Assembly: GCA_041736305.1 (NCBI GenBank)
Contig: JBGSTX010000191.1
Location: forward strand, 1 to 19,911
Direction: 5' to 3'
DNA length: 19,911 nt
DNA from: Oligoflexus sp.
GTDB lineage: Bacteria; Bdellovibrionota_B; Oligoflexia; Oligoflexales; Oligoflexaceae
Position numbers and translations under genes: made by a program. Within the stretch, counting starts at the first letter, position 1; each line of letters opens with the position of its first letter. The notes under the pieces were generated by a model. That model had not been told where the DNA came from. It saw nothing but the letters and a program-made list of their open reading frames with translations, and did not search any database. Below, piece by piece: positions 1 to 7,904 of this stretch.

Positions 1-150
1 CTGCTGCTGCTCGGGCCGCATATGCTGGATGAAATGATCGCCGATCAGGAAACCGCCGAGATCAAGTGCGAGTTCTGTGGGAAGGACTATCATATCACGA
101 TCGAAGAGCTGCAGAAGCTGCGGCTTAGCCTCAGCAGCCCTCTTCATTGA
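1..150 (+). CDS. hslO: Hsp33 redox-regulated chaperone, C-terminal fragment (5' truncated by the window edge)
   Basis: Not in the ORF track. Frame 1 reads LLLLGPHMLDEMIADQETAEIKCEFCGKDYHITIEELQKLRLSLSSPLH*, with TGA at 148-150. The 'LG...EMI....AEIxCEFCGxxY' pattern with the second zinc-binding CxxC is the typical Hsp33 C-terminus. Confidence 0.88.
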   Translation: MLLLGPHMLDEMIADQETAEIKCEFCGKDYHITIEELQKLRLSLSSPLH

Positions 151-208
151 TCGGTACTCAAGTATACGCCGAGAGAGTTCTGGGCTAAGGCGTCGGCAAC
201 CGGCCAAG

Positions 209-368
209 ACTTGGCCTTTGCCATTCACTTGGCCTTTGCCATTCACTTGGCCTTTGCCTTGTGCGTGATCATGATCTTAGCCGAGCCCTTTGCCATTCAC
301 TTGGCCTTTGCCATTCACTTGGCCTTTGCCTTGTGCGTGATCATGATCTTAGCCGAGCCCTTTGCCAT
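209..368. repeat. Nested tandem repeat: 18-bp unit ACTTGGCCTTTGCCATTC inside a perfect 72-bp period (about 2.1 copies, 215-368)
   Basis: Full 18-mers at 209-226, 227-244 and 299-316; partial copies at 245-258 and 317-330. Positions 215-296 are identical to 287-368. Confidence 0.95.
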
Positions 369-422
369 AAACCGTTTGCTTTGACGAAGTTTCACGAAGC
401 AAGGACAAAGTTGATCGAACAC

Positions 423-463
423 GATCAAGATCACGCACAAGGCAAAGGCCAAGTGAACGGCAA
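423..463 (-). repeat. Inverted copy of the repeat unit
   Basis: The reverse complement of 423-463 matches 308-348 (and 236-276) at 39/41 nt. Confidence 0.92.
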
Positions 464-502
464 TAGCAAAGTCCTTATTCTTTTGGCGGAGCCTCAGCAA
501 CT

Positions 503-2233
503 TCAGTAGAAACTTCCGAGCGGCTGCAGGCTCCCCTTAGGAATGCCCCGTGGAATCGCATCGAGTAGGCGTCTGGTAAAGGCATGTTGAGGTCGGGCGT
601 AGACCTCATCCGCCGGACCCTGCTCGACGATCTGGCCCATGCTCATGACACAAACTTCTTCGGCAAAGTACTTCACTACCGATAAATCATGCGAAATGAA
701 GATGAAGGTAATGCCTGTGCGTTCCTGAATGTCGAGGAGCAGGTTGAGAATCTGAGCCTGCACCGACACATCGAGGGCGGATACACACTCGTCGCAGATA
801 ATCAGCTCTGGTTCCAACACGAGAACCCGCGCGATGCAGATCCGCTGCCGCTGGCCACCAGAGAATTCGTGGGGGTAGCGATGCAGCATTTCCCGCCGCA
901 ATCCGACTTTTTCCAGAGACTCAGCTGCGAGCTCCAGTCGCGAAGCCGTATCCTGCCCGAGATTATGGATAATCAAGGGCTCGGTGAGAATCTCAGCCAC
1001 AGTGAAGCGAGGATTGAGCGAGGCATAAGGATTCTGGAAGATATACTGCAAACGGCGACGAATCGGAGCCATCTCCTGAGAACTGAGCTGGGTGATGTCT
1101 TGCTGCTTGAAAAGGATTTTTCCCGAGCTAGGCTTAACCAGCTGAATAATGCTGCGCGCTAGAGTGGTCTTGCCGCAGCCCGACTCCCCGACAATACCGA
1201 GGCGCATGCCGCGACGCACCTTTAGATTCACAGTGTCGACCGCTTTAAAAAAAGTGGGCGCACTGAAAATCGAAGCCTTCTGTGAATAAATTTTGCTGAG
1301 ATTTTTCAGCTCGAGAATTATCTCGGGAGACGAAGGGGACGGTTCGAGCTGGGGAGGCTGCACGATGGCAGGCACATGCTCGGCTTCCGACGCAGCTTGC
1401 TTCATGAAGTCAGCCACAGTGAGCAGCCGCCGCGGTCGCTTGTCGAGCGGTGGCCGACAGGCAAGCAAACCTCTCGTGTAGGCATGTCCTGGATGATCGA
1501 AGAGCTGGGCTGTCGGTCTTTTTTCAAGCATCTCACCGCGATACATCACAGCGACTTCGTCGGCTACATCGGCCACCAGAGCGAGATCGTGGGTGATGAA
1601 GAGAAGGCTCATACGGTAGCTCTCTTGGAGCTTCAAGATGAGATCGATCACCTGCCTCTGTATCGTCACGTCGAGTGCGGTCGTCGGCTCATCGGCGATG
1701 AGCAGCTCGGGTTCGCAGGCAATGGCCATCGCGATCATAATCCGCTGCTGCTGGCCACCGGAGAGCTCGTGCGGATAACGCCGGTAGTAGAGATTGGGGG
1801 TTGGCAAGCCGACCTGATCGATCAGATGCAAAGTCTTTTCCCGAGCCGCCTTCTGACGCAAAGGTAGGTGCAGACGCAAAACCTCAACAATCTGCTCACC
1901 AACTGGGACCAGCGGATTGAGGCTACTCATAGGCTCTTGAAAAATCATCGCCATTTTGTGTCCGCGCAGCTTCTGTAGCTCATGATTGCTGAGAGTGCGC
2001 AAATCCTGTCCGCAAAGGCTAAGTTGACTGGCTTTGACCTCCGCATTGGGAGGGAGCAGTCCCATGATAGCCAAAGACGTGACACTCTTGCCGGAGCCAG
2101 ATTCACCGACTATCGCGAGACTCTGCCCGCGACCCAGCTCGAAACTGATATCTTTTACCGCTGAGATACTGCCGAAATGTCTATCTACAAAATTGACGTG
2201 GAGCCCCTTAACCGCAAGCACGGGATCCTGCAT
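503..2233 (-). CDS. ABC transporter ATP-binding protein with two fused NBDs (dipeptide/oligopeptide/nickel family, YejF/GsiA-like)
   Basis: Two Walker A motifs ([16 protein letters not shown]), signatures LSGGQQQR and FSGGQRQR, Walker [10 protein letters not shown] and LIICDECVS, and the HxYT/HxFT oligopeptide-ATPase tails. AGGAGG RBS lies just upstream of the ATG. Confidence 0.95.
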   Translation of the reverse strand: MQDPVLAVKGLHVNFVDRHFGSISAVKDISFELGRGQSLAIVGESGSGKSVTSLAIMGLLPPNAEVKASQLSLCGQDLRTLSNHELQKLRGHKMAMIFQEPMSSLNPLVPVGEQIVEVLRLHLPLRQKAAREKTLHLIDQVGLPTPNLYYRRYPHELSGGQQQRIMIAMAIACEPELLIADEPTTALDVTIQRQVIDLILKLQESYRMSLLFITHDLALVADVADEVAVMYRGEMLEKRPTAQLFDHPGHAYTRGLLACRPPLDKRPRRLLTVADFMKQAASEAEHVPAIVQPPQLEPSPSSPEIILELKNLSKIYSQKASIFSAPTFFKAVDTVNLKVRRGMRLGIVGESGCGKTTLARSIIQLVKPSSGKILFKQQDITQLSSQEMAPIRRRLQYIFQNPYASLNPRFTVAEILTEPLIIHNLGQDTASRLELAAESLEKVGLRREMLHRYPHEFSGGQRQRICIARVLVLEPELIICDECVSALDVSVQAQILNLLLDIQERTGITFIFISHDLSVVKYFAEEVCVMSMGQIVEQGPADEVYARPQHAFTRRLLDAIPRGIPKGSLQPLGSFY

Positions 2234-2271
2234 CGCTCCTCCTAGTCGCTGAAGAAGTATCTATCGCGCCT

Positions 2272-2300
2272 ATCATAGAAGAAAATCAAAGCCTTGGCGA
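2272..2300 (-). promoter_or_regulatory. Putative sigma-70 promoter for the ABC ATPase gene
   Basis: Minus strand TCGCCA-N17-TATGAT, about 40 nt upstream of the start codon. Confidence 0.45.
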
Positions 2301-2459
2301 CTTCTAGAGCTTAAGGTCTGTCAAGTGGGCCTCGCGCGCTCTCCATTTTCCGTGATTCGAAGGACTAAGTAGGTTATGGTGGCCTGCAGAATGGCCTTGT
2401 TTTGAGCCCCCAAACAAGGCGAAAAGCAAAAAGCGCAGAAGAGAAGGAACGGGTTGCCT

Positions 2460-2948
2460 ATGTCGAAAGCTGAATCTTTCAAAGATTTGTGTCTGAAGAC
2501 GCTCAAAGAATCGGGAGCTCGTCTGACTAAACCTCGGCAGGCTCTGATAGATTGTTTAGCCATCGCGGACGAACCGCTATCTCCCAAAGAAATTTTGCAG
2601 CGCACCGAAGCTATGCTCGAAGAAAGCGAAAGCATCGATACCGTAACCGTCTACCGGATCCTCGATCGCTTCTACGAACTCGGCCTGGTCCATCAGGTAG
2701 CTCCTACCGGTGATTATATTGCCTGCACCCACCTTGCCTGCGCAGCCAGCCCGCATATCATGACCTTCTGCACAGGCTGCCAGAGTGCTAAAGAAATCCA
2801 CGTTCCTGAAGCGGTTATGGCCCCTATGCTTTGGTACCTGAAATCACAAAATGGCTTCGAAGCCAAAGAGCATCTCTTCCAGCTCGATGGACTCTGCGCC
2901 CTATGCCGAACCAAGACTGAAGTCCATCCTAACAAAGGATTTAACTGA
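2460..2948 (+). CDS. Fur-family transcriptional regulator (Fur/Zur/PerR type)
   Basis: LKESGARLTKPRQ, a TVYRILD recognition helix, GLVH, and C-terminal CTGC and CALC zinc motifs. ATG at 2460 is preferred to TTG at 2454. Confidence 0.9.
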   Translation: MSKAESFKDLCLKTLKESGARLTKPRQALIDCLAIADEPLSPKEILQRTEAMLEESESIDTVTVYRILDRFYELGLVHQVAPTGDYIACTHLACAASPHIMTFCTGCQSAKEIHVPEAVMAPMLWYLKSQNGFEAKEHLFQLDGLCALCRTKTEVHPNKGFN

Positions 2949-2959
2949 AGGCTTTTACC

Positions 2960-3922
2960 GTGCAGCAGCCCAGCGATCAGATCAGCCCCGAAGATGTAGC
3001 CTACCGTCGAGCTCGCCGCGTCTGGCTCAGCATTGGTATAGGCACCTCGCTGCTCTTTCACCTCTTGCTCGCGTATCTCATGGTGTTTGCTCCCGCTTGG
3101 AAACGGCCGCGCTTCCCTCAGCAGGTCCCCGTTCGCCTGGAATTCAAACAGAAAGAATCGGAGTCAGCTAAGAAAGATAAAAATAAGCGGCCGCAGAAGC
3201 AGGAACAAACCGAAACGCGGCAGATTATTGAAGCACCCCTGATTCCTACCGCCAAACCCGAGGTTCCCGCCCACCTCGGTGCGCAAGATCATAGGACCGC
3301 TCGCGAGCAGAAAACTCTGCCGAAGCAAGGTCGACCTGCGGCGCCGGCCACCGCTTTGCAAAATGGAGCGCTGCGGCTGCAGCGAGCTCCCGAGGCTGAA
3401 GGTCGCATCGAAATGCCGACTAAGCAAAAGAAGAGCGAACGCTACGCTGCTCTGCTGCCTGAAAAGCTCGAAATCGTCAACGAAGGCCACAACGATTATA
3501 TACCGAATAAGAATATACCTGTAGGGCCGGTCCTAGACGTGAACACCACGGATTTTCGCTTTATCGGCTACTTCACAGCGGTGCGGAAGCTCGTCGACCT
3601 CGCCTACTACGACGTTGGTCCAACTCTGCGCGATTCGCCGCACGTTCGCGAGAAGATCGAGGAAGCTGGGAAAGCCCGCTTTCAAGGTGTGAGCATCGTT
3701 GAACTCAAGGTCATGCGCAGCGGCCTGCTCGTCGATACGCGGCTCGCCAAGTCCTCGGGCGATAAGGATATCGATGAGTTCTGGACCCGCATCCTCAATC
3801 TAGCTGCTCCCTATCCACCGCTCCCTCGCGACTACCCAGGGGACGAGCTGGTGTTCACTTACGCCCTCTACTATGATTTCGCCTACGAAGGCAGTAAGCC
3901 CAGCACACGTTTCATGTTTTAA
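2960..3922 (+). CDS. TonB/TolA-like membrane-anchored protein with a C-terminal TonB_C-type domain
   Basis: N-terminal TM helix with SLLFH (the SxxxH motif of TonB/TolA anchors), a K/E/P-rich spacer, and a C-terminal 'VNTTDFRFIGYF...G.L....L.KSSG.KDID.......LAAPYPPLP' domain. Starts 11 nt after the Fur stop codon. Confidence 0.8.
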   Translation: MQQPSDQISPEDVAYRRARRVWLSIGIGTSLLFHLLLAYLMVFAPAWKRPRFPQQVPVRLEFKQKESESAKKDKNKRPQKQEQTETRQIIEAPLIPTAKPEVPAHLGAQDHRTAREQKTLPKQGRPAAPATALQNGALRLQRAPEAEGRIEMPTKQKKSERYAALLPEKLEIVNEGHNDYIPNKNIPVGPVLDVNTTDFRFIGYFTAVRKLVDLAYYDVGPTLRDSPHVREKIEEAGKARFQGVSIVELKVMRSGLLVDTRLAKSSGDKDIDEFWTRILNLAAPYPPLPRDYPGDELVFTYALYYDFAYEGSKPSTRFMF

Positions 3923-4102
3923 AACCCCTGCGCAAAGTTTGATCGATATTGCCTTCCAGCGTCTAAGATTTAGGCAGCTGCGCGAGCCCTGCACAAGAAA
4001 CTTACACCGCTCCTCAGTCTTCTCCGACACTTAAGAGACGGAAAAAACTTTGCACAGTGGGCTTCGGGCTACTGCTAGTCCCCTCTTTGAAAGGATTGAT
4101 TG

Positions 4103-4591
4103 ATGACGAGAAAAACTGCTGCGATCTTGCTCGCGTTCGGCCTCGCTGGTTTTGCTTGCACCGATGATGCAAAAAAGATCGAAGAACCGATTCAGGCTGA
4201 AGCACAAAAAGCAGGAGCTGATGAATTTACAGTCGACGCTAAGACCGGCAAACTGCAGTTCACTGCTGAAATCGTGTACTTCGGCTACGACGAAACAACT
4301 CTCACCAAAGAGGGAATGGCCCGCCTTGAATCTATCGCTTCACACATGAAAGAAAATGATAAATTGAAACTTCAGATCGAAGGCCACTGCGACGACCGCG
4401 GCTCTACCGAGTATAATCTCGCCTTAGGCCAACGGCGTTCTGATTCCGTCCGGAAGTTCCTCCAGACCATCGGCATCGGTTCTGACCGCCTCGCTTCTAT
4501 AAGTTTTGGCGAAGAAAAACCTGCCGAAGCTGGCCAGGGCGAGCAGTTCTGGGCGAAGAACCGCCGAGCTGAGTTCGCTTTCAATCGTTAA
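4103..4591 (+). CDS. pal: Peptidoglycan-associated lipoprotein (OmpA-like domain)
   Basis: Lipobox GFAC; motifs VYFGYD, IEGHCDDRGSTEYNLALGQRR, SFGEEKP and WAKNRRAEF. ATG at 4103 follows an AAGGA RBS. Confidence 0.93.
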   Translation: MTRKTAAILLAFGLAGFACTDDAKKIEEPIQAEAQKAGADEFTVDAKTGKLQFTAEIVYFGYDETTLTKEGMARLESIASHMKENDKLKLQIEGHCDDRGSTEYNLALGQRRSDSVRKFLQTIGIGSDRLASISFGEEKPAEAGQGEQFWAKNRRAEFAFNR

Positions 4592-4606
4592 TTTCGGGTC
4601 GCCTCC

Positions 4607-4630
4607 GGAGGGCCGCGTGCCCTCCATTTT
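4607..4630 (+). terminator. Probable intrinsic terminator after pal
   Basis: GGAGGGC-cgcgt-GCCCTCC 7-bp stem followed by ATTTT and a pyrimidine-rich tract. Confidence 0.6.
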
Positions 4631-4663
4631 CCCATTCTTCCCCTTATCCTTCTCTTCACTTCT

Positions 4664-4672
4664 TGCTAAGAT
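4664..4672 (+). promoter_or_regulatory. Putative extended -10 promoter for the sigma factor gene
   Basis: TGcTAAGAT about 35 nt upstream of the GTG start. AGGAGA RBS at 4696-4701. Confidence 0.35.
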
Positions 4673-4705
4673 CAGGTTTTTCGTCCTATCCACTAGGAGA
4701 TACCC

Positions 4706-5665
4706 GTGACGGATCATATTCGCAGCTACGTCCGCGAACTCTGGCAGCAATGCCGCGAGGAAATGGATACCTGGGTTCTGATCGATCCGACACAACTCGC
4801 TGATCGCGTCGCCGAACTTTGCCAAAGCGATACCTGGGCGTCTGTTCAAAATGACAGTGAGGCTCTGCTTCGACTGACCCTGCTCACAGCTTGGGAACTC
4901 CATCCCCTTAGACCCCGACTCGATCGCTATCTCAATGAACTGCAGCCGGATAGGGAAGTGCTCATCAAAGTTCAAGAAGCCGCTAAAATACTTCCCCACC
5001 GTCTCGTCGAAGATCACTGGGAGCTCGTAAAAAAAGCCGCTAAGCGCTTCCATATCCCTGGAGCCTTTGAGAATGAGGCCGAGTTTCAAGAACTTCTCAG
5101 CGTCGGTCGAGAAGCCCTTTTTGTAGCCGCACAGAAGTACTTTCGACGGCCAAGGGGAAGCTTTAAGAATTTTGCCTGGACCGCGCTGCGCGAACGCATG
5201 CGCGATGAACAGGGGAAAAAGCACCCCGTGCCGGCACGCATACGGAAGAAGTTGGGAGCCCTCGGCACTCTGCGAGAAGAATATCGGATCAAAGACCTTT
5301 CCCTCGATCGCGAGACTATCAAGGACCGACTTAAACTTGGGCCCGAAGAACTGGCCGAATTACTGCAGATCGAAGGGATCTGGGGCAATGGGCTGGAGTT
5401 TGAGACCGATGTTGTTCTCGAAGATCTCGAAGCGCCGGATCACAGCTTGGATCAGCTGGGACAGCTGCTCGAGATCGAAGACGCTCTGCGCTTGGAAATT
5501 GCCTTGCAGCTCCTGGAAGAGCCAGAACGTAGCTTAATTCGACTGCTTTACTTTGAAGAGAAGACTTTGCGCGAGACTGCCGAGGAGATGGAACTTGGAC
5601 TGCAGGCATTTAAGAAGATGCATAAAAGGGCTTTGGCTGAGATGCGTCGGGTCTTGGTAGGTTGA
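4706..5665 (+). CDS. Sigma-70 family RNA polymerase sigma factor, divergent FliA/WhiG-like, with an N-terminal extension
   Basis: Region 2-like 'LVEDHWELVKKAAKRF...ELLSVGREALFVAAQKY...SFKNFAWTALRERMRDE...VPARIR', a region 3-like segment, and region 4 'LEEPERSLIRLLYFEEKTLRETAEEMEL...HKRAL..MR'. Good RBS. Confidence 0.82.
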   Translation: MTDHIRSYVRELWQQCREEMDTWVLIDPTQLADRVAELCQSDTWASVQNDSEALLRLTLLTAWELHPLRPRLDRYLNELQPDREVLIKVQEAAKILPHRLVEDHWELVKKAAKRFHIPGAFENEAEFQELLSVGREALFVAAQKYFRRPRGSFKNFAWTALRERMRDEQGKKHPVPARIRKKLGALGTLREEYRIKDLSLDRETIKDRLKLGPEELAELLQIEGIWGNGLEFETDVVLEDLEAPDHSLDQLGQLLEIEDALRLEIALQLLEEPERSLIRLLYFEEKTLRETAEEMELGLQAFKKMHKRALAEMRRVLVG

Positions 5666-5703
5666 GTACGGTAGGGCTGCTCGGAGCATTGATTTGCTAG
5701 TGA

Positions 5704-5725
5704 ACCCACCAACATGTTGGTGGGT
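5704..5725. repeat. Perfect 22-bp palindrome in a convergent intergenic region (bidirectional terminator or REP-like core)
   Basis: ACCCACCAACATGTTGGTGGGT equals its own reverse complement. Confidence 0.75.
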
Positions 5726-5876
5726 GCTGATCCTCGGGCTTTAGGCTCCTCTTCAAACGAAAAGGCTAGCACACCACCCGACAACCAAACTCCCTGATCT
5801 GTTTTTGTCGGTTCGCCTGCATCAATCAATGACACGAGTCCGAGCCGCCCCAAAAACATCCTAACTCATACCCAGC

Positions 5877-6707
5877 CTATTGTCCCTTGGCATTTATATA
5901 CGCGGCCAGATCCCCACAAATGCCAGGAGAAATCAACACATGCTCCAGATCTCTCTCCAAACCTTTGCCCATTATACGCAAATTTGGCCCTGTGCAGGTC
6001 GCGCTGATCACGCTTGCTTTGGTTGGCAAAGCGCGCGCCGCAGGATCAGGAAAAACTCGGTTCATGAGCGCTGAACTCAAATTCTCACAACACTCAAATC
6101 GACTCATTTGTGAGAAGGTTGCCATCCCGTATTCGTCTATCAGCATCAGGTCAAAGAAATCCTCACAGCTCGCTGCCACCTTTTGACTTCCCGCAGGAGC
6201 CTTGATCAGCTCACGTCCACTCCCCTTGACTTCCAAACTCACAGGATTGCTCGCCCGGAAAGTCAGTTGTAAGTCGAAGATCGCTGCGTAAACAGCATCC
6301 CGCGTCGGTCCTACCAGGGTCAGATAAATCTGAGCATCGTGCTCTGAACGCGTGACCTTCACCAGCTCCGAGATGCCTTCGAGTTGCCACTGAATGCCTG
6401 ACACTCCCTTGATGGCATTGCCCTGAGCATCGACGACCTGACAACTCAGCTTCGCGCTGCTCGCTGAACTTGTCGGTGACTGCTGCCAGGCACACTCCAA
6501 GCCATGGCTGGAAATTCCACTCGGTTCCTCCGTCCCACTTCCAGCCGAAAATCCAGAAAATAAGGGCCTTTGCGAGCCAGCTTCAGGAACTTCAGTCGCT
6601 GCAGCCGGATCGGATCTTTGCGCCTTATTGTCGAGCTTTTTACAGGCGCTGAACGTAGAAATGACTAGAAAAAAAGTAGCCCAGAGGCGGAGTTTGGTCG
6701 AAACCAA
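5877..6707 (-). CDS. Hypothetical lipoprotein with a Cys-containing C-terminal region
   Basis: Long ORF with a signal peptide and lipobox FSAC followed by KK, and a low-complexity S/G linker. Start placed at TTG 6707 behind AAGGGA; the ORF track extends to 6740. Confidence 0.7.
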   Translation of the reverse strand: MVSTKLRLWATFFLVISTFSACKKLDNKAQRSDPAAATEVPEAGSQRPLFSGFSAGSGTEEPSGISSHGLECAWQQSPTSSASSAKLSCQVVDAQGNAIKGVSGIQWQLEGISELVKVTRSEHDAQIYLTLVGPTRDAVYAAIFDLQLTFRASNPVSLEVKGSGRELIKAPAGSQKVAASCEDFFDLMLIDEYGMATFSQMSRFECCENLSSALMNRVFPDPAARALPTKASVISATCTGPNLRIMGKGLERDLEHVLISPGICGDLAAYINAKGQ

Positions 6708-6741
6708 GGTTTTTCCCTTTATGCACGCAAGATAAGGCAAG

Positions 6742-6765
6742 CGATGGCTTTATCATAAGCCATCG
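6742..6765 (-). terminator. 9-bp stem hairpin between two minus-strand lipoprotein genes (terminator/attenuator or operator)
   Basis: CGATGGCTT-tatcat-AAGCCATCG. The U-tract is weak, and the loop region also reads TATGAT on the minus strand. Confidence 0.4.
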
Positions 6766-6790
6766 AGCCTCGAGAGGAAAAGGATTTGTC

Positions 6791-7756
6791 TTAAGGAAAC
6801 TGGAGTGGATAGACTGGGCTCAATTGCTTCTGGTCCAGAGAATACTGGACAAAGATCTGACGCTGAGCGGCTCCCAGCTTGAAGTCTAAGGAACTCTGGT
6901 AAGGTACCCACGCAGCCGCACTCAAATCCTGGGAAAAGCCCCAGCGCAGCATGTTCATGTTCTGCGGACGCTGCAAAAAGAGGGTCACCAAGGCTTCCGA
7001 TTGAGCTGGTATAGGATCCCCAACATAATGGACACCGACAGGTAGTATCCGAGAGTCGTTAAATATAGTTAAACTCGGCAGGTCCTGACTCGCCGTAAAT
7101 TGGCGTTTCTCAAAAATAGCGGGCGTGAGATTCGCGTATTTAACTTGGATCAAATGATAGCCTTGGGGGACCTTCGATAGCTTGAAATGACCATTCTCGT
7201 CGGTAAGAGCCTTGAGAGTAGTTCCAGGAATACTCACCTCGGCACCAAGCTGCGGTCCCGTACCCAAAACGCGAACTTCACCGCTCAGCTCAAGATAGGG
7301 GCGCAATTCGATATCGCGCAAAAAGATATCGCCCTCACTCTTCATCTCAATTCCGGAAATACGTAGGGCTAGAGGCTGACTGGCCTGGCTAGGTTCCTCG
7401 GCTAGACGCGTCGCCTCAATAACGAAATCATAGATTCCCGTTTTTAAGGGGGCGAACTGAAAACGGCCAGGTTGATCGAGCAGGGGTGTGAGACTCGGCA
7501 TAGGGGCTGTTCCAATGACCGTTCCTTTCACATCGCGAAGACGCTCGGACCACTTGAAGTCGAGCAGGACTCGACTCCGGCCCCGCACTTGCACATCAGC
7601 ATCAGTGCCTACAAAAGGGGTTTCCGGATCATCGGCTAGAACGGCATCATCCCCAGCATTGCCAGGATTTGCACAGCCACTGAGAGAGATAGTGTAGATA
7701 GAAAACGTGAGAACGAGTCCACGTACTGTCTTGTTTTTTGATGTCTTGGCTCTCAT
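6791..7756 (-). CDS. Lipoprotein with carboxypeptidase-regulatory-like (prealbumin/CnaB-type) beta-sandwich domains
   Basis: Lipobox LSGC; 'LSGEV...GAEVSIPGT...ALTDENGHFKLSKVPQGYHLI' motif. AGAGGGGG RBS before the ATG. Confidence 0.78.
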   Translation of the reverse strand: MRAKTSKNKTVRGLVLTFSIYTISLSGCANPGNAGDDAVLADDPETPFVGTDADVQVRGRSRVLLDFKWSERLRDVKGTVIGTAPMPSLTPLLDQPGRFQFAPLKTGIYDFVIEATRLAEEPSQASQPLALRISGIEMKSEGDIFLRDIELRPYLELSGEVRVLGTGPQLGAEVSIPGTTLKALTDENGHFKLSKVPQGYHLIQVKYANLTPAIFEKRQFTASQDLPSLTIFNDSRILPVGVHYVGDPIPAQSEALVTLFLQRPQNMNMLRWGFSQDLSAAAWVPYQSSLDFKLGAAQRQIFVQYSLDQKQLSPVYPLQFP

Positions 7757-7776
7757 AGTGACCCCCTCTATGGGAC

Positions 7777-7803
7777 TTTTCGGTAAGAAGGGAGTTTTTT
7801 TTC
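7777..7803 (-). promoter_or_regulatory. Possible sigma-28-type promoter with an AT-rich upstream tract
   Basis: Minus strand GAAA-N15-ACCGAAAA (consensus TAAA-N15-GCCGATAA), 20 nt before the ATG at 7756. A very AT-rich stretch lies at about 7820-7880. Confidence 0.35.
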
Positions 7804-7904
7804 AGTACTTTTCGCAAGAAATTATGAATAAAATCTATCTAAATGAAATTATTGTGTTTTGTTTATTACTAAAACTATACCGCAAGCCTTATTTGAACGG
7901 CAGC

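Noticed and set aside
209-368. Repeat tract as a CRISPR array
   Set aside because: The units are directly adjacent and the intervening segments are identical. There are no unique spacers and no cas genes.
77-509. ORFs 77-268, 261-509 and 315-500 as protein genes
   Set aside because: They are kept open by the 6/18-bp periodic repeat, have repetitive translations, and the first overlaps hslO out of frame.
689-2252. Plus-strand ORFs 689-1162, 1376-1867 and others
   Set aside because: Antisense shadows of the ABC ATPase gene with no recognisable motifs.
4424-5224. 266-aa minus-strand ORF
   Set aside because: Antisense to pal and the sigma factor, both of which have clear family motifs and RBSs.
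5548-5859. 103-aa minus-strand ORF in the convergent gap
   Set aside because: It overlaps the sigma gene by 118 nt, runs through the palindrome and has no recognisable features.
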